Virus record (IMG/VR): IMGVR_UViG_3300027770_000032
Length of the DNA: 64,000 nt
Reading direction: 5' to 3' (one strand)
Origin: a virus
Positions within the stretch are counted from its first letter, which is position 1. Each line of letters starts with the position of its first letter. Of the stretch, positions 47,364 through 57,559 are shown one piece after another. A program made the translations under genes and the position numbers. The notes under the pieces are model-generated. The model did no database searches and was not told where the DNA came from. It was given only the letters and a program-made list of their open reading frames with translations.

Positions 47364-47579
47364 ATGGCAATTAATGTTGGAAATTTTGTAGTAAAAAATA
47401 AAACGGTTGAAACAGAAACTTTACCAGAAGTTGAAGTTGCTATTGAAAATGAAGAAGTTGCGCCTTTACCCCAAGTTGTACAAATGGAAGAAGGCACTGT
47501 TATTCATAATGGTCAACCAAAAAAGTTTAATAAAAAAATGTCGGCATACATGATTGATATGCTTACATCCGAAGAATGA
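47364..47579 (+). CDS. Hypothetical protein
   Basis: AGGT SD, operon position. Confidence 0.55.
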   Translation: MAINVGNFVVKNKTVETETLPEVEVAIENEEVAPLPQVVQMEEGTVIHNGQPKKFNKKMSAYMIDMLTSEE

Positions 47580-47585
47580 TAAATA
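47578..47585 (+). promoter_or_regulatory. Late promoter variant GATAAATA
   Basis: Before structural gene. Confidence 0.55.
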
Positions 47586-47613
47586 AGACAAAGAATCTTT
47601 AGGAGAAACGAAG

Positions 47614-48474
47614 ATGGCTCAATGGGGCAATACAGACGATGCTGCAAACTCGGTCCTATGGGCCACAACTGCAGTGAACAAAACACCTAACACGGTAAAC
47701 CAAACTGCACTGTTCGGTAACACCACTGTCGGCGCATTTACTGCTGGCGAAGCAGTCGGCCAATTTGGTCTTGATGTAAACGAAGTTTCACTTGCAGTTG
47801 CCAACGTGGCAGTCGCACAGTATGTGATTACAAGCGGAGGTTCAGGTTATGGAGCGAATGCTGCAGTCACTGTTGCTAACACAACAGGCGGAGCAAATAC
47901 ACTTGCTGCTAACTCGACACAGACACTCGGTCGTATTACGGCAGTGACTGCAAACGCGACAATTCGTGGATATACATCGCGTCCAGCGGTGACAATCGCG
48001 GCACCTGCTGCACTTAATATCGTATCGAATACTGCTGGTTTCAGTAATACAAATGATACATTTCTTGTTGCAACTGCCAACTCTAAGTTTGCTGTCGGAG
48101 ACAGAATCTATTACTCAGTTCCTACTGCAAATACTCCAATCGCTCCTCTCTCAGGTAATACGTACTACTACATACAAGCGGCGAATACGACAACAATCAA
48201 ACTCGCAACTGCTCCAAATGGCGATGCGATTGATCTGACTGACACTCGTAACCTTGCATCGCCTGAAACACACACAGTACGAGGTGATACTGCAACGGCT
48301 GAAGCTGTTCTCACCGGTTTCGGTGCTATCGACGGCGCAGCACACACCGGTTGGGTACTTCGCACAGTCGGAAGTGGCGGTCGTGCAGGCCGCGTTCAGT
48401 ATGAAACACTCGTTGCAATGGGTGGAAACTTCTCGACTGACGCATCTGACGACGCAATCTTGCCAGACGCATAA
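47614..48474 (+). CDS. Virion structural protein (Ala/Thr/Asn-rich)
   Basis: MAQWG..D start, HTGWV...GRVQYETLVAM end; late promoter. Confidence 0.7.
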   Translation: MAQWGNTDDAANSVLWATTAVNKTPNTVNQTALFGNTTVGAFTAGEAVGQFGLDVNEVSLAVANVAVAQYVITSGGSGYGANAAVTVANTTGGANTLAANSTQTLGRITAVTANATIRGYTSRPAVTIAAPAALNIVSNTAGFSNTNDTFLVATANSKFAVGDRIYYSVPTANTPIAPLSGNTYYYIQAANTTTIKLATAPNGDAIDLTDTRNLASPETHTVRGDTATAEAVLTGFGAIDGAAHTGWVLRTVGSGGRAGRVQYETLVAMGGNFSTDASDDAILPDA

Positions 48475-48483
48475 GGATAATAT

Positions 48484-48735
48484 ATGAGCGATCGTGCCAA
48501 GAAAATAACTGAACTGACTTCGATTGGTACGGCTAATACGTCGATCGCGAGCGGAGATATCTTCATTGTCGAGGATATCTCCGCAAACACGACAGTATCT
48601 GCTACATTATCCACACTTCGTAAAGCTATCGTACAAGGCCCATATGCAAATAACACTGCCGCAAATACCGGCGGTGTTGCACTCGGTCAACTATACTATA
48701 CTGCGGCAGGGGATGTGAAAGTAAGAAACGCCTAA
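48484..48735 (+). CDS. Small structural protein
   Basis: KKITEL, YANNTAA..GGV..GQLY motif of fiber-associated proteins. Confidence 0.6.
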   Translation: MSDRAKKITELTSIGTANTSIASGDIFIVEDISANTTVSATLSTLRKAIVQGPYANNTAANTGGVALGQLYYTAAGDVKVRNA

Positions 48736-49124
48736 TGATTGAAAAACTTGATGATTCGAATTTCTTGATATATGCTGCTAAGTGTTATGATAATCCACAA
48801 TGTTTTGAGGATCTTGAATTCTACGAAGATCTTGCAAGATTTAAATATATTAAAAGATTACTGAATCGCTATGAAGAATCCGGAGAATTAAAAGACAGAT
48901 TGATTGTCAATCATCTTGTTGTTCTATATAATGTATTTGGTAACGAAGCTACAAGATTGATATTCTTTAAGTTAGAAGGCTATCATCATATGTTGAAGCC
49001 ATTTATTATATTATTGGGAAGACTTCCGGAAAAGATATCGAATATCGGTGTCGATAATAAGACTATTCTGACTGAAGATATTGTAATGGATGAGAAAATA
49101 GTACAGAAATTAAGGAAGATTTAA
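48735..49124 (+). CDS. Conserved T4-like phage hypothetical protein
   Basis: YDNPQC...EFYEDL.RFKYIKRL...NHL..LYNVFG. Confidence 0.75.
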   Translation: MIEKLDDSNFLIYAAKCYDNPQCFEDLEFYEDLARFKYIKRLLNRYEESGELKDRLIVNHLVVLYNVFGNEATRLIFFKLEGYHHMLKPFIILLGRLPEKISNIGVDNKTILTEDIVMDEKIVQKLRKI

Positions 49125-49594
49125 TGGCCAATAAAGAAAAGCAAGAGTATGACTACGAAGGCGATATGGCCATGTCACAACTCAAGTCTATCCTTGCTAA
49201 CGCTCAGCGTATGCATGATATGCTCGAAGTAGACACAAATCTTCCTGAATGGGTTCAATCAAAGATCACACTTGCCGAAGATTATATCACTACTGCTGCA
49301 AACTATATGCAAGGCGAGATGAGCGAAGACGTAGTTCGAGTAGGAACTCTTGCTCAACGCACTCAAGCTTATCGTGCAGATAAGGCAAAGAAAGCTGGCA
49401 CCAATCTAAAGATGGATCCAGATACTGGAACACCAGATCACTTCACTGCTGCAATGCGCCGCAAAAAAGGTTTACCTGAAGAAGTAGCAACCAATTCGGT
49501 AGGTGCTGGCAATGTAGCGGGTTTGCAAGGCGAACCGCCAGTAAATAAGAAAAAGAAAAACGTCATGTCTTTCAATCGATTTATGAAAAAATAA
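49124..49594 (+). CDS. Probable internal head protein
   Basis: EGDMAMSQL...LPEWVQSKITLA; EVATNSVGAG; x-x-E sites. Confidence 0.6.
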   Translation: MANKEKQEYDYEGDMAMSQLKSILANAQRMHDMLEVDTNLPEWVQSKITLAEDYITTAANYMQGEMSEDVVRVGTLAQRTQAYRADKAKKAGTNLKMDPDTGTPDHFTAAMRRKKGLPEEVATNSVGAGNVAGLQGEPPVNKKKKNVMSFNRFMKK

Positions 49595-49595
49595 T

Positions 49596-50111
49596 ATGTT
49601 AGGCATGATTCCTCTTCCGTATAAGCTACTTGCTATTGGAGCATTGCTCATTGGAGTATTCTTTTACGGGTATATGAAAGGATCTGCTTATGCTGAAGCT
49701 GAATTGGCAAGGTTTGCTGCCAAAGCAAGTGAACAAGTTGCGGAATTGGAGAGGAAGAATTCTGCAATTTCTACTGAGGTAGTCACTGAATATGTTGATC
49801 GTACAAACACAATTAGAGAGAAAGAATATGTATATCTTGATGCCGCTAAAAACTCTGTTCCTAGTCAGTCTGTTATGTCTAACGGCTGGGTGTTCACGCA
49901 CGACATTAGTGCCAGTGCCGGTGATGCCGACGCCGCCAGAAGTTCTGATGCGTCCCCCTCAGCAGTTAAAGACACTGATGCCCTCATCGGAATCATCAGA
50001 AACTACGCCATCTGCCAATCAAACTCGGTCCAACTCGTCGAACTCCAACGCTGGATAAGTGAGAATAAAATGGCCGTTGATGCCATGGCAAAAGAGAATA
50101 AAAAGAAATGA
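49596..50111 (+). CDS. Inner-membrane spanin (Rz-like)
   Basis: N-terminal TM, coiled coil, NY..C....QL..LQ.WI end; contains nested lipoprotein gene. Confidence 0.8.
   Translation: MLGMIPLPYKLLAIGALLIGVFFYGYMKGSAYAEAELARFAAKASEQVAELERKNSAISTEVVTEYVDRTNTIREKEYVYLDAAKNSVPSQSVMSNGWVFTHDISASAGDADAARSSDASPSAVKDTDALIGIIRNYAICQSNSVQLVELQRWISENKMAVDAMAKENKKK
49828..50058 (+). CDS. Outer-membrane spanin lipoprotein (Rz1-like), embedded in +1 frame
   Basis: Signal peptide with lipobox LTAG-C (Cys codon 49891) then Pro-rich PVPVMPTPPEVLMRPP. Confidence 0.8.
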   Translation: MYILMPLKTLFLVSLLCLTAGCSRTTLVPVPVMPTPPEVLMRPPQQLKTLMPSSESSETTPSANQTRSNSSNSNAG

Positions 50112-50323
50112 AAAAGTTTAAAGACGCTCCAGTAGAAGACGATTCGAATGACAGTGTCATTACGATCATTGCTAACTCTCTCAATAGAGCGAGTAGTGGT
50201 AATAAAGATGATACGCGTGGTCTACTCTTGTTGATCGCTGCTCTTGGACTTCTTAATCTTTCAAAAGACGGGCTTCCTGCAAGTGTCGCAAGAAAGCTCG
50301 CATCAACATCAAACAGAAAATAA
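50108..50323 (+). CDS. Small membrane protein
   Basis: One hydrophobic segment. Confidence 0.55.
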   Translation: MKKFKDAPVEDDSNDSVITIIANSLNRASSGNKDDTRGLLLLIAALGLLNLSKDGLPASVARKLASTSNRK

Positions 50324-50334
50324 CGGAGATTCTT

Positions 50335-50529
50335 ATGTGGAATAAAATTAAAAGCTTGATCGCTTGGTTTACGAAAACAGCAGATCTGAATAAAGATGGC
50401 AAAATCACAGCGGAAGATCTTGAGCTTGCAAAAGCGGTTGCTGATAAGACGGCCAAAGAAGCAAACGAAGTTATCAATGCTGTGAGCGATGCTGCTGACA
50501 AAATTAAGAAAGTTAGAAAAAAGAAATGA
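50335..50529 (+). CDS. Small protein with EF-hand-like loop
   Basis: DLNKDGKITAEDL. Confidence 0.6.
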   Translation: MWNKIKSLIAWFTKTADLNKDGKITAEDLELAKAVADKTAKEANEVINAVSDAADKIKKVRKKK

Positions 50530-50975
50530 GCTTAATGTCATTTTTCTCGTCACCACCAATTACGAGCTTCGAACAACTTGAGCTAGAAAAAGGTAAGATT
50601 CAGCTGACTATCATGAAGATGGTAACGCTCGTCTTATCATCTATTATGTTAGCAGTTGTCGGTATCTTCCTGATTGGCCTCTTTTTGCCAAATGAAATGA
50701 TCGATAATAACGAGATCTTTAAGATTATTGGTCCAGCATTCTCAATGATCATCGGCGCCTTTGTCGGTGCTTTTGCTACAATGATGGGCATGAAAGTAGC
50801 CGAGTTTGATCCAAATGTCAAGACACAAGAGCTCGGTAAGACTGATCATAAGGTTCTTGCAGAAGCTCATGTGATTAACGCACAAGCCGAATCGATTGAA
50901 ACCGAAAATGAAATTAAGATGATGGCTGCTATCGATAAATACAAAGACAGCGACGAGGATTTTGGTCCTTTCTAA
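50526..50975 (+). CDS. Two-TM membrane protein
   Basis: Two hydrophobic helices, IDNNEIFKIIGPAF. Confidence 0.65.
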   Translation: MSLMSFFSSPPITSFEQLELEKGKIQLTIMKMVTLVLSSIMLAVVGIFLIGLFLPNEMIDNNEIFKIIGPAFSMIIGAFVGAFATMMGMKVAEFDPNVKTQELGKTDHKVLAEAHVINAQAESIETENEIKMMAAIDKYKDSDEDFGPF

Positions 50976-51009
50976 ATTATGATTTCGTTAACCTAACGGA
51001 GTCGAAGAA

Positions 51010-51249
51010 ATGTTTAAAAAAATAAAAGATCTCATTTTTCAGACATTCACTGGAAAAGATAATAAGACACTTGATCTTGGTAGAATTCTGTGGGCCAAAG
51101 GAGTAATCATCTTCTTTGGTCTGTCGATCTATGACATCTATCGCGGAGCAACATTCGATGCATCAACATGGGGTATCGGTCTTGGTGCAGTACTTGCCGC
51201 CGGCGGTGCAGCTCTTGCACTTAAAGCTAGCACAGAACCAACAGAATAA
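51010..51249 (+). CDS. Small two-TM protein, holin candidate
   Basis: 79 aa, two TM segments, near spanins. Confidence 0.45.
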   Translation: MFKKIKDLIFQTFTGKDNKTLDLGRILWAKGVIIFFGLSIYDIYRGATFDASTWGIGLGAVLAAGGAALALKASTEPTE

Positions 51250-51731
51250 TGGCAACTCCAAACGTCAACAAGCTAGTTGAAGATGTATCGTATCTGAGTA
51301 GAGATATGGCAGTCGTCAATACGCTTGTTGGCCGTTTGGATACCACCATTGATAAGCTGACTGATATTTCAAGCATCGTATCAAATCTTCTTGCTGTTCA
51401 CGAAACTAAGCTAACTTCTCAAGAAATTATAAGTAAACAACTATCAGATTTAGTGGAAGCGCGTAGAGTGGAAACAGACGATAAGATTCAAATCTTACAT
51501 GAGCGCATCTCTTCTGGTGAACGCGAGTTGAAAGATAATATCGATGATCAGTACGATGAATTGATGAAAGAAATTAAAGAGATGAGAGCAGAGTCGACTA
51601 TTCAGCATAATACTCTGAGTGATCGCATCACTACTATGGAAAAATGGATGTGGGCAGTCATCGGTGGTTCTGCTATTGTGGGTGGCATTATAACTCTCGT
51701 TCCGTGGGCATCTATATTTAATATAGGCTAA
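51249..51731 (+). CDS. Coiled-coil protein with C-terminal TM anchor
   Basis: LAVHE...RI..MEKW.W..IGG. Confidence 0.65.
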   Translation: MATPNVNKLVEDVSYLSRDMAVVNTLVGRLDTTIDKLTDISSIVSNLLAVHETKLTSQEIISKQLSDLVEARRVETDDKIQILHERISSGERELKDNIDDQYDELMKEIKEMRAESTIQHNTLSDRITTMEKWMWAVIGGSAIVGGIITLVPWASIFNIG

Positions 51732-51748
51732 TTTAGCTAAAATAAACA

Positions 51749-51776
51749 TGTACAATAATGACAATCTGTGTATAAT
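51749..51776 (+). promoter_or_regulatory. Early-type promoter TGTACA-N16-TATAAT (gp61)
   Basis: Recurrent motif with AAAATAAACA. Confidence 0.75.
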
Positions 51777-51799
51777 GAAGTTAACAGATTGGAGTTGTT

Positions 51800-52819
51800 A
51801 TGCTTTGGATAGAACACAAATACATTAGTCTTCTCTCAGGAAGATTAGAAAGATTTCAGAGAATCAATAGCAATGTCTATCGGTTCCGTTGCCCGATCTG
51901 CGGCGACTCTCAAAAGGATCGTCGTAAGTCTCGTGGGCATCTTCTCGAAAGAGGAGGTAAGATTCGCTTTTATTGTCATAACTGTAGCGCGAGCATGCAG
52001 TTTAAGTATTTCATGAAAGAGATCGATCCGACTCTCTATCTCGAATATGTCAAAGAACAGATCAAAGAATCCGGTAATCAAAAAGACGTCGAGACTTTTG
52101 CAGAGAAGATGAAACCTCCAGTCTTTGTCAAGACCACGGCTCTCTCGAAACTCAAGAAAGTAAGTCAGTTAGATCCTGACCATCCTGTTAAAAAATACAT
52201 TAACAGTCGACAGATTCCATCCCATCTACATTACAAGTTATTCTATGCTCCAAAATTTGGCGCGTGGGTAAATAGTATGCTTCCTGATAAAATGAAGATC
52301 GGTGAGAAAGACGAACCTCGTCTGATCATACCATTCCTTGATCAAGAAAAGAATCTCTTCGGTTTTCAAGGCAGATCGTTTCGAAAAGATGGTGTTCGAT
52401 ATATTACGATCATGCTCGACGAAAGCAAACCAAAAGTATTTGGACTCGATACGATCGATGAGTCCAAAGATATATATCTATTAGAGGGACCGATCGATTC
52501 GATGTTCTTGCCGAATGCCATGGCGGCGGCTGGTGGAGATCTTTCTGCACAAATCGAACAAACCGGTTTACTTAAAGAGAAAATTGTGGTAGTATTTGAT
52601 AATGAGCCAAGACATTCAGATACAATCAAAAGAATGCAGAAGGCCATTGATGCTGGTTATCGTGTAGTCATATGGCCATCAGACATCCAACATAAAGATG
52701 TCAATGATATGATTTTAGCTGGCTACACGTCAGAATATATTAAGGGTGTTTTAGATGAATGTAATTACTCAGGACCAACTGCAAAACTACATTTCGCGAT
52801 ATGGCGAAAAGACCGTTGA
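51800..52819 (+). CDS. gp61: DNA primase
   Basis: CPICGDS...CHNC zinc finger, EGPIDS and FDNEPR TOPRIM, KDVNDM. Confidence 0.96.
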   Translation: MLWIEHKYISLLSGRLERFQRINSNVYRFRCPICGDSQKDRRKSRGHLLERGGKIRFYCHNCSASMQFKYFMKEIDPTLYLEYVKEQIKESGNQKDVETFAEKMKPPVFVKTTALSKLKKVSQLDPDHPVKKYINSRQIPSHLHYKLFYAPKFGAWVNSMLPDKMKIGEKDEPRLIIPFLDQEKNLFGFQGRSFRKDGVRYITIMLDESKPKVFGLDTIDESKDIYLLEGPIDSMFLPNAMAAAGGDLSAQIEQTGLLKEKIVVVFDNEPRHSDTIKRMQKAIDAGYRVVIWPSDIQHKDVNDMILAGYTSEYIKGVLDECNYSGPTAKLHFAIWRKDR

Positions 52820-53025
52820 GGCTATACAGAATCTTCCAGAGCAAATGCTTACATGGGTAGTTTATAATGCTAACATGGTTCAGACTGCCGTAGAACTAAT
52901 CATCGATCTTCGTGGTGAAGATTTCTATTATGATTATGTTCAGGTGATGTCATGTGAACAAGGCGAAGATAACTGGGGTCCTTTGTATTTTGATCCTCAC
53001 GTATTTAAACTATTAGGAAACGGAT

Positions 53026-53298
53026 ATGACTGAGTTAGTAGATAACGAGTTTGGAGTCGAGTACGAGCAGATCTCTATTCGGAAGCTTCGAATCTTTCGA
53101 GTTGGAAAGCAATGGCTTGTCGAGTATCAACGCGCTGCTCGATTGTGGGCTCCATGGGATTACTTCTGGTGGTACAATGATGGTCAGTACGTCGAGTACT
53201 ACGATGCTCTTGGTAGAGTCAATGATCTGAAGGCGAATGGATATATAAATCTTCCACAGTTCCAAAAGGTGAAAACGTTCGATGTCTCATCTGAGTGA
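53026..53298 (+). CDS. Hypothetical protein
   Basis: AGGA SD, operon position. Confidence 0.6.
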   Translation: MTELVDNEFGVEYEQISIRKLRIFRVGKQWLVEYQRAARLWAPWDYFWWYNDGQYVEYYDALGRVNDLKANGYINLPQFQKVKTFDVSSE

Positions 53299-53564
53299 TA
53301 ATAACATAAGTTATTTTAAGCACATGTTGAGATCATGGCGCTGGGGAGCAATACTGTTTATTCATGGTTTATTTCCAAACGTATTCAAGACAAAAGTAAG
53401 TGATGAAATGTGTAATCATAAGGATTAATAATGCGTGAACCAATCGCGAAGATAGATGAATATGAAATGAAAACGGCGAGTGGCAATATTTGGATTGTTA
53501 CTCTTCTTGGTGATAAAGCCACGAATGGTAAGCGGTATTGTGAAGCACACATAAAGGGTAAAAA

Positions 53565-54263
53565 ATGAGTGAAGTAAATTTAATCGGTCTGACGAAACCG
53601 AGTGCCTATACAGAATGTAATACAGCAAATGAATTGGTTGCATGGGCAGCAAGAGTATCCAACCCATCGAATCAAAATAACGCAGCAACAGCACCGAAAC
53701 TGGTTCAATATCTTATTCGCAATCAACACTGGTCACCACTGGAGATGGTACATGTATCAATGGAAATTAAAACAACTCGTGACATCGCTCGGCAAATACT
53801 TCGCCATCGATCCTTTTCCTTCCAAGAATTTTCACAGAGATATGCAGACCCGACTCAAGAACTTGGACTCGGCACTCGAGAAGCACGACTACAAGACGCC
53901 AAGAATCGACAGAACTCAATTGAAGTAGATGATAAAACAGTTAATACTGAATGGGAACATATACAGCGCCGTATGATCTATCATGCAAAGAAAGAGTATA
54001 ACACTGCAATTAAACTTGGCATGGCAAAAGAACAAGCACGAGCATTGCTTCCAGAAGGATTGACAGAATCGACTATCATCATGGCTGGTTCGCTCCGTTC
54101 ATGGGTGCATTACTGCCAGTTGCGTATGGATCGTGCGACTCAGAAAGAACATCGCATTGTTGCCGAGCAATGCTGGGAAATAATTTGTCAGCACTTTCCT
54201 GATGTGAAAGCTGCTTTGGATAGTATGGCTGCACAAGCAGAGTTTGAGAGGAAGTTACCATGA
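53565..54263 (+). CDS. thyX: Flavin-dependent thymidylate synthase
   Basis: HWSPLE, RHRSFSFQEFSQRY, EQAR, TQKEHR. Confidence 0.96.
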   Translation: MSEVNLIGLTKPSAYTECNTANELVAWAARVSNPSNQNNAATAPKLVQYLIRNQHWSPLEMVHVSMEIKTTRDIARQILRHRSFSFQEFSQRYADPTQELGLGTREARLQDAKNRQNSIEVDDKTVNTEWEHIQRRMIYHAKKEYNTAIKLGMAKEQARALLPEGLTESTIIMAGSLRSWVHYCQLRMDRATQKEHRIVAEQCWEIICQHFPDVKAALDSMAAQAEFERKLP

Positions 54264-54439
54264 AACATAGTACCGTAGTAAAAGAAACTGAAGATGGTGA
54301 GTTATATATAGAACTACCATATGAACTCTTAAAGACATTACATTGGGGCGAAGACACAGAATTAGTGTGGTCGTATGGAGAAACTAACTCTTGGATCCTT
54401 AAAAAGAAAGAAAATGATGATACTTGTAACGAAACGTGA
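54260..54439 (+). CDS. Small AbrB/MazE-like protein
   Basis: DGELYIELP..LL..L.W.E...L.W pattern; below ORF-track size. Confidence 0.5.
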   Translation: MKHSTVVKETEDGELYIELPYELLKTLHWGEDTELVWSYGETNSWILKKKENDDTCNET

Positions 54440-56684
54440 TGGATCAAAAGAAGCTTTAAATATTAATAAGTTCCATAAAGTAGCGCTGCATGCGTGTGAA
54501 GGTTTAAGCGGCGTTTCTGTTTCAGATCTTGAAATCAAAACTCATATTCAATTTTATGATAAGATTAAGTCTTCTGATATTCAAGAGACTCTGATCAAGG
54601 CAGCTGCTGAACTCATTACAGAAGACGAACCGAACTATCAGTATGTTGCTGGTCGTCTGATCAACTATAATCTTCGTAAACAAGTATATGGGCAGTATGA
54701 GCCTATCTCTTTATGTCAACATTTTGCTAATGTAGTCGAAGAAGGCTATTATGATGAATCATTGGCTGATGTATATGACGATGCAGAGTGGTTTGAATTA
54801 GCAGAATACATCGACCACGACCGTGATAACCTGCTAACCTATGCTGCCATGGAACAGTTCCGCGGTAAGTATCTGATCCGCAACCGTGTCACCAACAAAT
54901 TCTACGAAACGCCTCAGATGGCATTCATGTTGATTGCCATGACTCTCTTCCAAAATTACAAAACAGATCGAATGAAATGGGTAAAGGACCTTTATGATGC
55001 TATCAGTAAATTTGACATTAGTCTTCCTACTCCTATTATGGCAGGAGTGCGCTCACCTCAACATCAGTTTAGTTCGTGCGTACTTATCGAAACTGACGAC
55101 TCACTGGATTCCATAAATGCAACAGCTTCTGCGATTGTTAAGTACGTTTCACAAAAGGCCGGAATTGGTATTGGCGGCGGTTCTATTAGGGCTATTGGAT
55201 CTCCTATACGTAATGGTGATGCTTCTCACACTGGTGTTATTCCTTTTTATAAGCATTTCCAATCGGCTGTTAAATCTTGTAGCCAAGGTGGTGTCCGCGG
55301 TGGAGCAGCGACTCTCTATTACCCCCTTTGGCATTACGAAGTTGAAGATATTCTTGTCCTAAAGAATAACAAGGGCACAGAAGACAATCGAATTCGTCAT
55401 CTTGATTATGGCGTACAATTTAACAAGGTAATGTATGAAAGACTTTTATCTGGAGGTAATATCACCCTCTTCTCGCCTAGTGATGTCCCGGACCTCTATG
55501 AAGCCTTTTATAAAAGCACTGAAGACTTTAAAGAACTCTATGAAAAGTACGAACGTAGTAAGGTTAGAAAGAAAACCATCTCTGCGATTGATCTCTTCTC
55601 AACCTTCGTTACCGAGCGAAAAGATACCGGACGAATCTATCTGATGAACGTCGACCATTGCAATGAGCATGGTTCGTTTACTCAAGCAGCACCAATTAAG
55701 ATGAGCAATCTTTGTTGTGAGATTACATTACCAACTACACCATTAAAGGATATTCACGATGAGTCAGGCGAAATCAGCCTTTGCACGCTTGCAGCAATCA
55801 ATTGGGGAAAGATTAAGAAACCAGCAGATTTCGAAAAGCCATGCACCCTTGCAGTACGCGCTTTGGATGCCTTACTGGATTATCAGGACTATCCTGTTCG
55901 AGCCGCTGCTATTGGTACTCGGAATCGCCGGCCTTTGGGTATTGGCATCATTAATTTTGCTTATTGGTTGGCTCGCAACGACACTAATTATTCTCATCCA
56001 AACCTTGATCTGGTCCATGAGTATGCTGAAGCATGGAGTTACTATCTTATTAAAGCCTCTGTCGATCTTGCTGAAGAAGTAGGTTCTTGCCCTCTTGATC
56101 ATCAAACAAAGTATGCGTATGGTACTATGCCAATCGATACATATAAGAAAGAAGTTGATGAACTTGTAGAGCCAAACTATAAGATGCCATGGAGTATACT
56201 TGCAAGTCGAGCATTATCATCTGGTATTCGTAACTCGACTCTGATGGCTCTCATGCCAGCCGAGACTTCTGCTCAGATCAGTAACTCAACCAACGGTATT
56301 GAACCACCACGTGCACTCATCTCGATCAAGCAATCAAAAGATGGTGTACTCAAGCAAGTTGTTCCTGAGTTAAAAAGATTAAAGAATAAATATGAGTTAC
56401 TATGGGATCAAAAGTCTCCAGAAGGTTATCTGAAGATTATGGCAGTCCTACAGAAATTTATCGATCAAGCAATCTCAGTCAATACTTCTTATAATCCTCG
56501 TCATTACGAAGATGAAAAGATTCCAATGTCTGAGATGATCAAACATATTCTGATGCACTACAAGTATGGCGGTAAGACACTCTACTACTTCAACACCTTT
56601 GACGGAGCTGGTGAGATGGAAGAACTTAAACCACTCGCACAAGGTCAACTCGAAGACGAGGATTGTGATTCTTGTAAAATATGA
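54414..56684 (+). CDS. nrdA: Ribonucleotide reductase class Ia alpha subunit
   Basis: ATP cone VTKRDG, QFSSC, SNLCCEI, terminal CDSCKI. Confidence 0.98.
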   Translation: MMILVTKRDGSKEALNINKFHKVALHACEGLSGVSVSDLEIKTHIQFYDKIKSSDIQETLIKAAAELITEDEPNYQYVAGRLINYNLRKQVYGQYEPISLCQHFANVVEEGYYDESLADVYDDAEWFELAEYIDHDRDNLLTYAAMEQFRGKYLIRNRVTNKFYETPQMAFMLIAMTLFQNYKTDRMKWVKDLYDAISKFDISLPTPIMAGVRSPQHQFSSCVLIETDDSLDSINATASAIVKYVSQKAGIGIGGGSIRAIGSPIRNGDASHTGVIPFYKHFQSAVKSCSQGGVRGGAATLYYPLWHYEVEDILVLKNNKGTEDNRIRHLDYGVQFNKVMYERLLSGGNITLFSPSDVPDLYEAFYKSTEDFKELYEKYERSKVRKKTISAIDLFSTFVTERKDTGRIYLMNVDHCNEHGSFTQAAPIKMSNLCCEITLPTTPLKDIHDESGEISLCTLAAINWGKIKKPADFEKPCTLAVRALDALLDYQDYPVRAAAIGTRNRRPLGIGIINFAYWLARNDTNYSHPNLDLVHEYAEAWSYYLIKASVDLAEEVGSCPLDHQTKYAYGTMPIDTYKKEVDELVEPNYKMPWSILASRALSSGIRNSTLMALMPAETSAQISNSTNGIEPPRALISIKQSKDGVLKQVVPELKRLKNKYELLWDQKSPEGYLKIMAVLQKFIDQAISVNTSYNPRHYEDEKIPMSEMIKHILMHYKYGGKTLYYFNTFDGAGEMEELKPLAQGQLEDEDCDSCKI

Positions 56685-57457
56685 AATATAAAACTATCTT
56701 CATTAGTGATGTTCACTTAGGAACAAAAGATTGCAAAGCCGATCTTTTGAATAACTTTCTTAAGCACAACACGTGTGATACTTTATATTTGGTTGGTGAT
56801 ATCATTGATGCATGGAAAATACAACAAAATCGTTTAAAATGGAAACAGTCACATACCAATGTAGTCAGAAGAATTTTAGGATTTGCTAAACACGGTACTC
56901 GTGTAGTCTATGTTGCCGGCAATCACGATGAATTTCTTCGCCCGATGATTCCGTATGGTGTAAGTTTTGGTAAGATTGAAATATGTAATCAGATATGCCA
57001 TGAAGGTGTTGATGGTAAAAAATACATGGTTGTTCATGGTGATCTTTTTGATGGCATTACTCGTCTTGCACCTTGGTTAAGTTTTCTTGGCGACAGAGCA
57101 TATGATTTTGTACTTAATTTAAATAGTCGGTTTAATTGGATTCGCCATAGACTTGGATTTGGCTATTGGTCTCTAAGTAAGTGGTTAAAGTATAAAGTCA
57201 AGAGAGCCATCGACTTTATGTTTCAGTTTGAAAAAAATGTTACTGCATATGCTAAAAGAAAAGGATATGATGGAGTAATTTGCGGTCATATACACAATGC
57301 AGAAATCAAAGATATCGATGGCAGCATGTATATGAACGATGGCGATTGGGTAGAATCATGTACTGCACTTGTCGAACATCGAGATGGCAGGTGGGAAATC
57401 GTAACATGGCAGGAAATTAAAAATGAAAATAAAAAAATTAATTTTAAAAATGTATGA
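56681..57457 (+). CDS. LpxH-like metallophosphoesterase (UDP-2,3-diacylglucosamine hydrolase family)
   Basis: ISDVHLG, GDIID, GNHDE, HGD, CGHIH, NDGDWVES. Confidence 0.88.
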   Translation: MKYKTIFISDVHLGTKDCKADLLNNFLKHNTCDTLYLVGDIIDAWKIQQNRLKWKQSHTNVVRRILGFAKHGTRVVYVAGNHDEFLRPMIPYGVSFGKIEICNQICHEGVDGKKYMVVHGDLFDGITRLAPWLSFLGDRAYDFVLNLNSRFNWIRHRLGFGYWSLSKWLKYKVKRAIDFMFQFEKNVTAYAKRKGYDGVICGHIHNAEIKDIDGSMYMNDGDWVESCTALVEHRDGRWEIVTWQEIKNENKKINFKNV

Positions 57458-57559
57458 AGCGATACTCAAAAAAGATACTCAAACTGAAAAGAAACTTTGG
57501 TTTCAAGCTTTAAAAAAATCGCTTAAACATAAAAAAACTCATACTATAAAATAAAGTGG

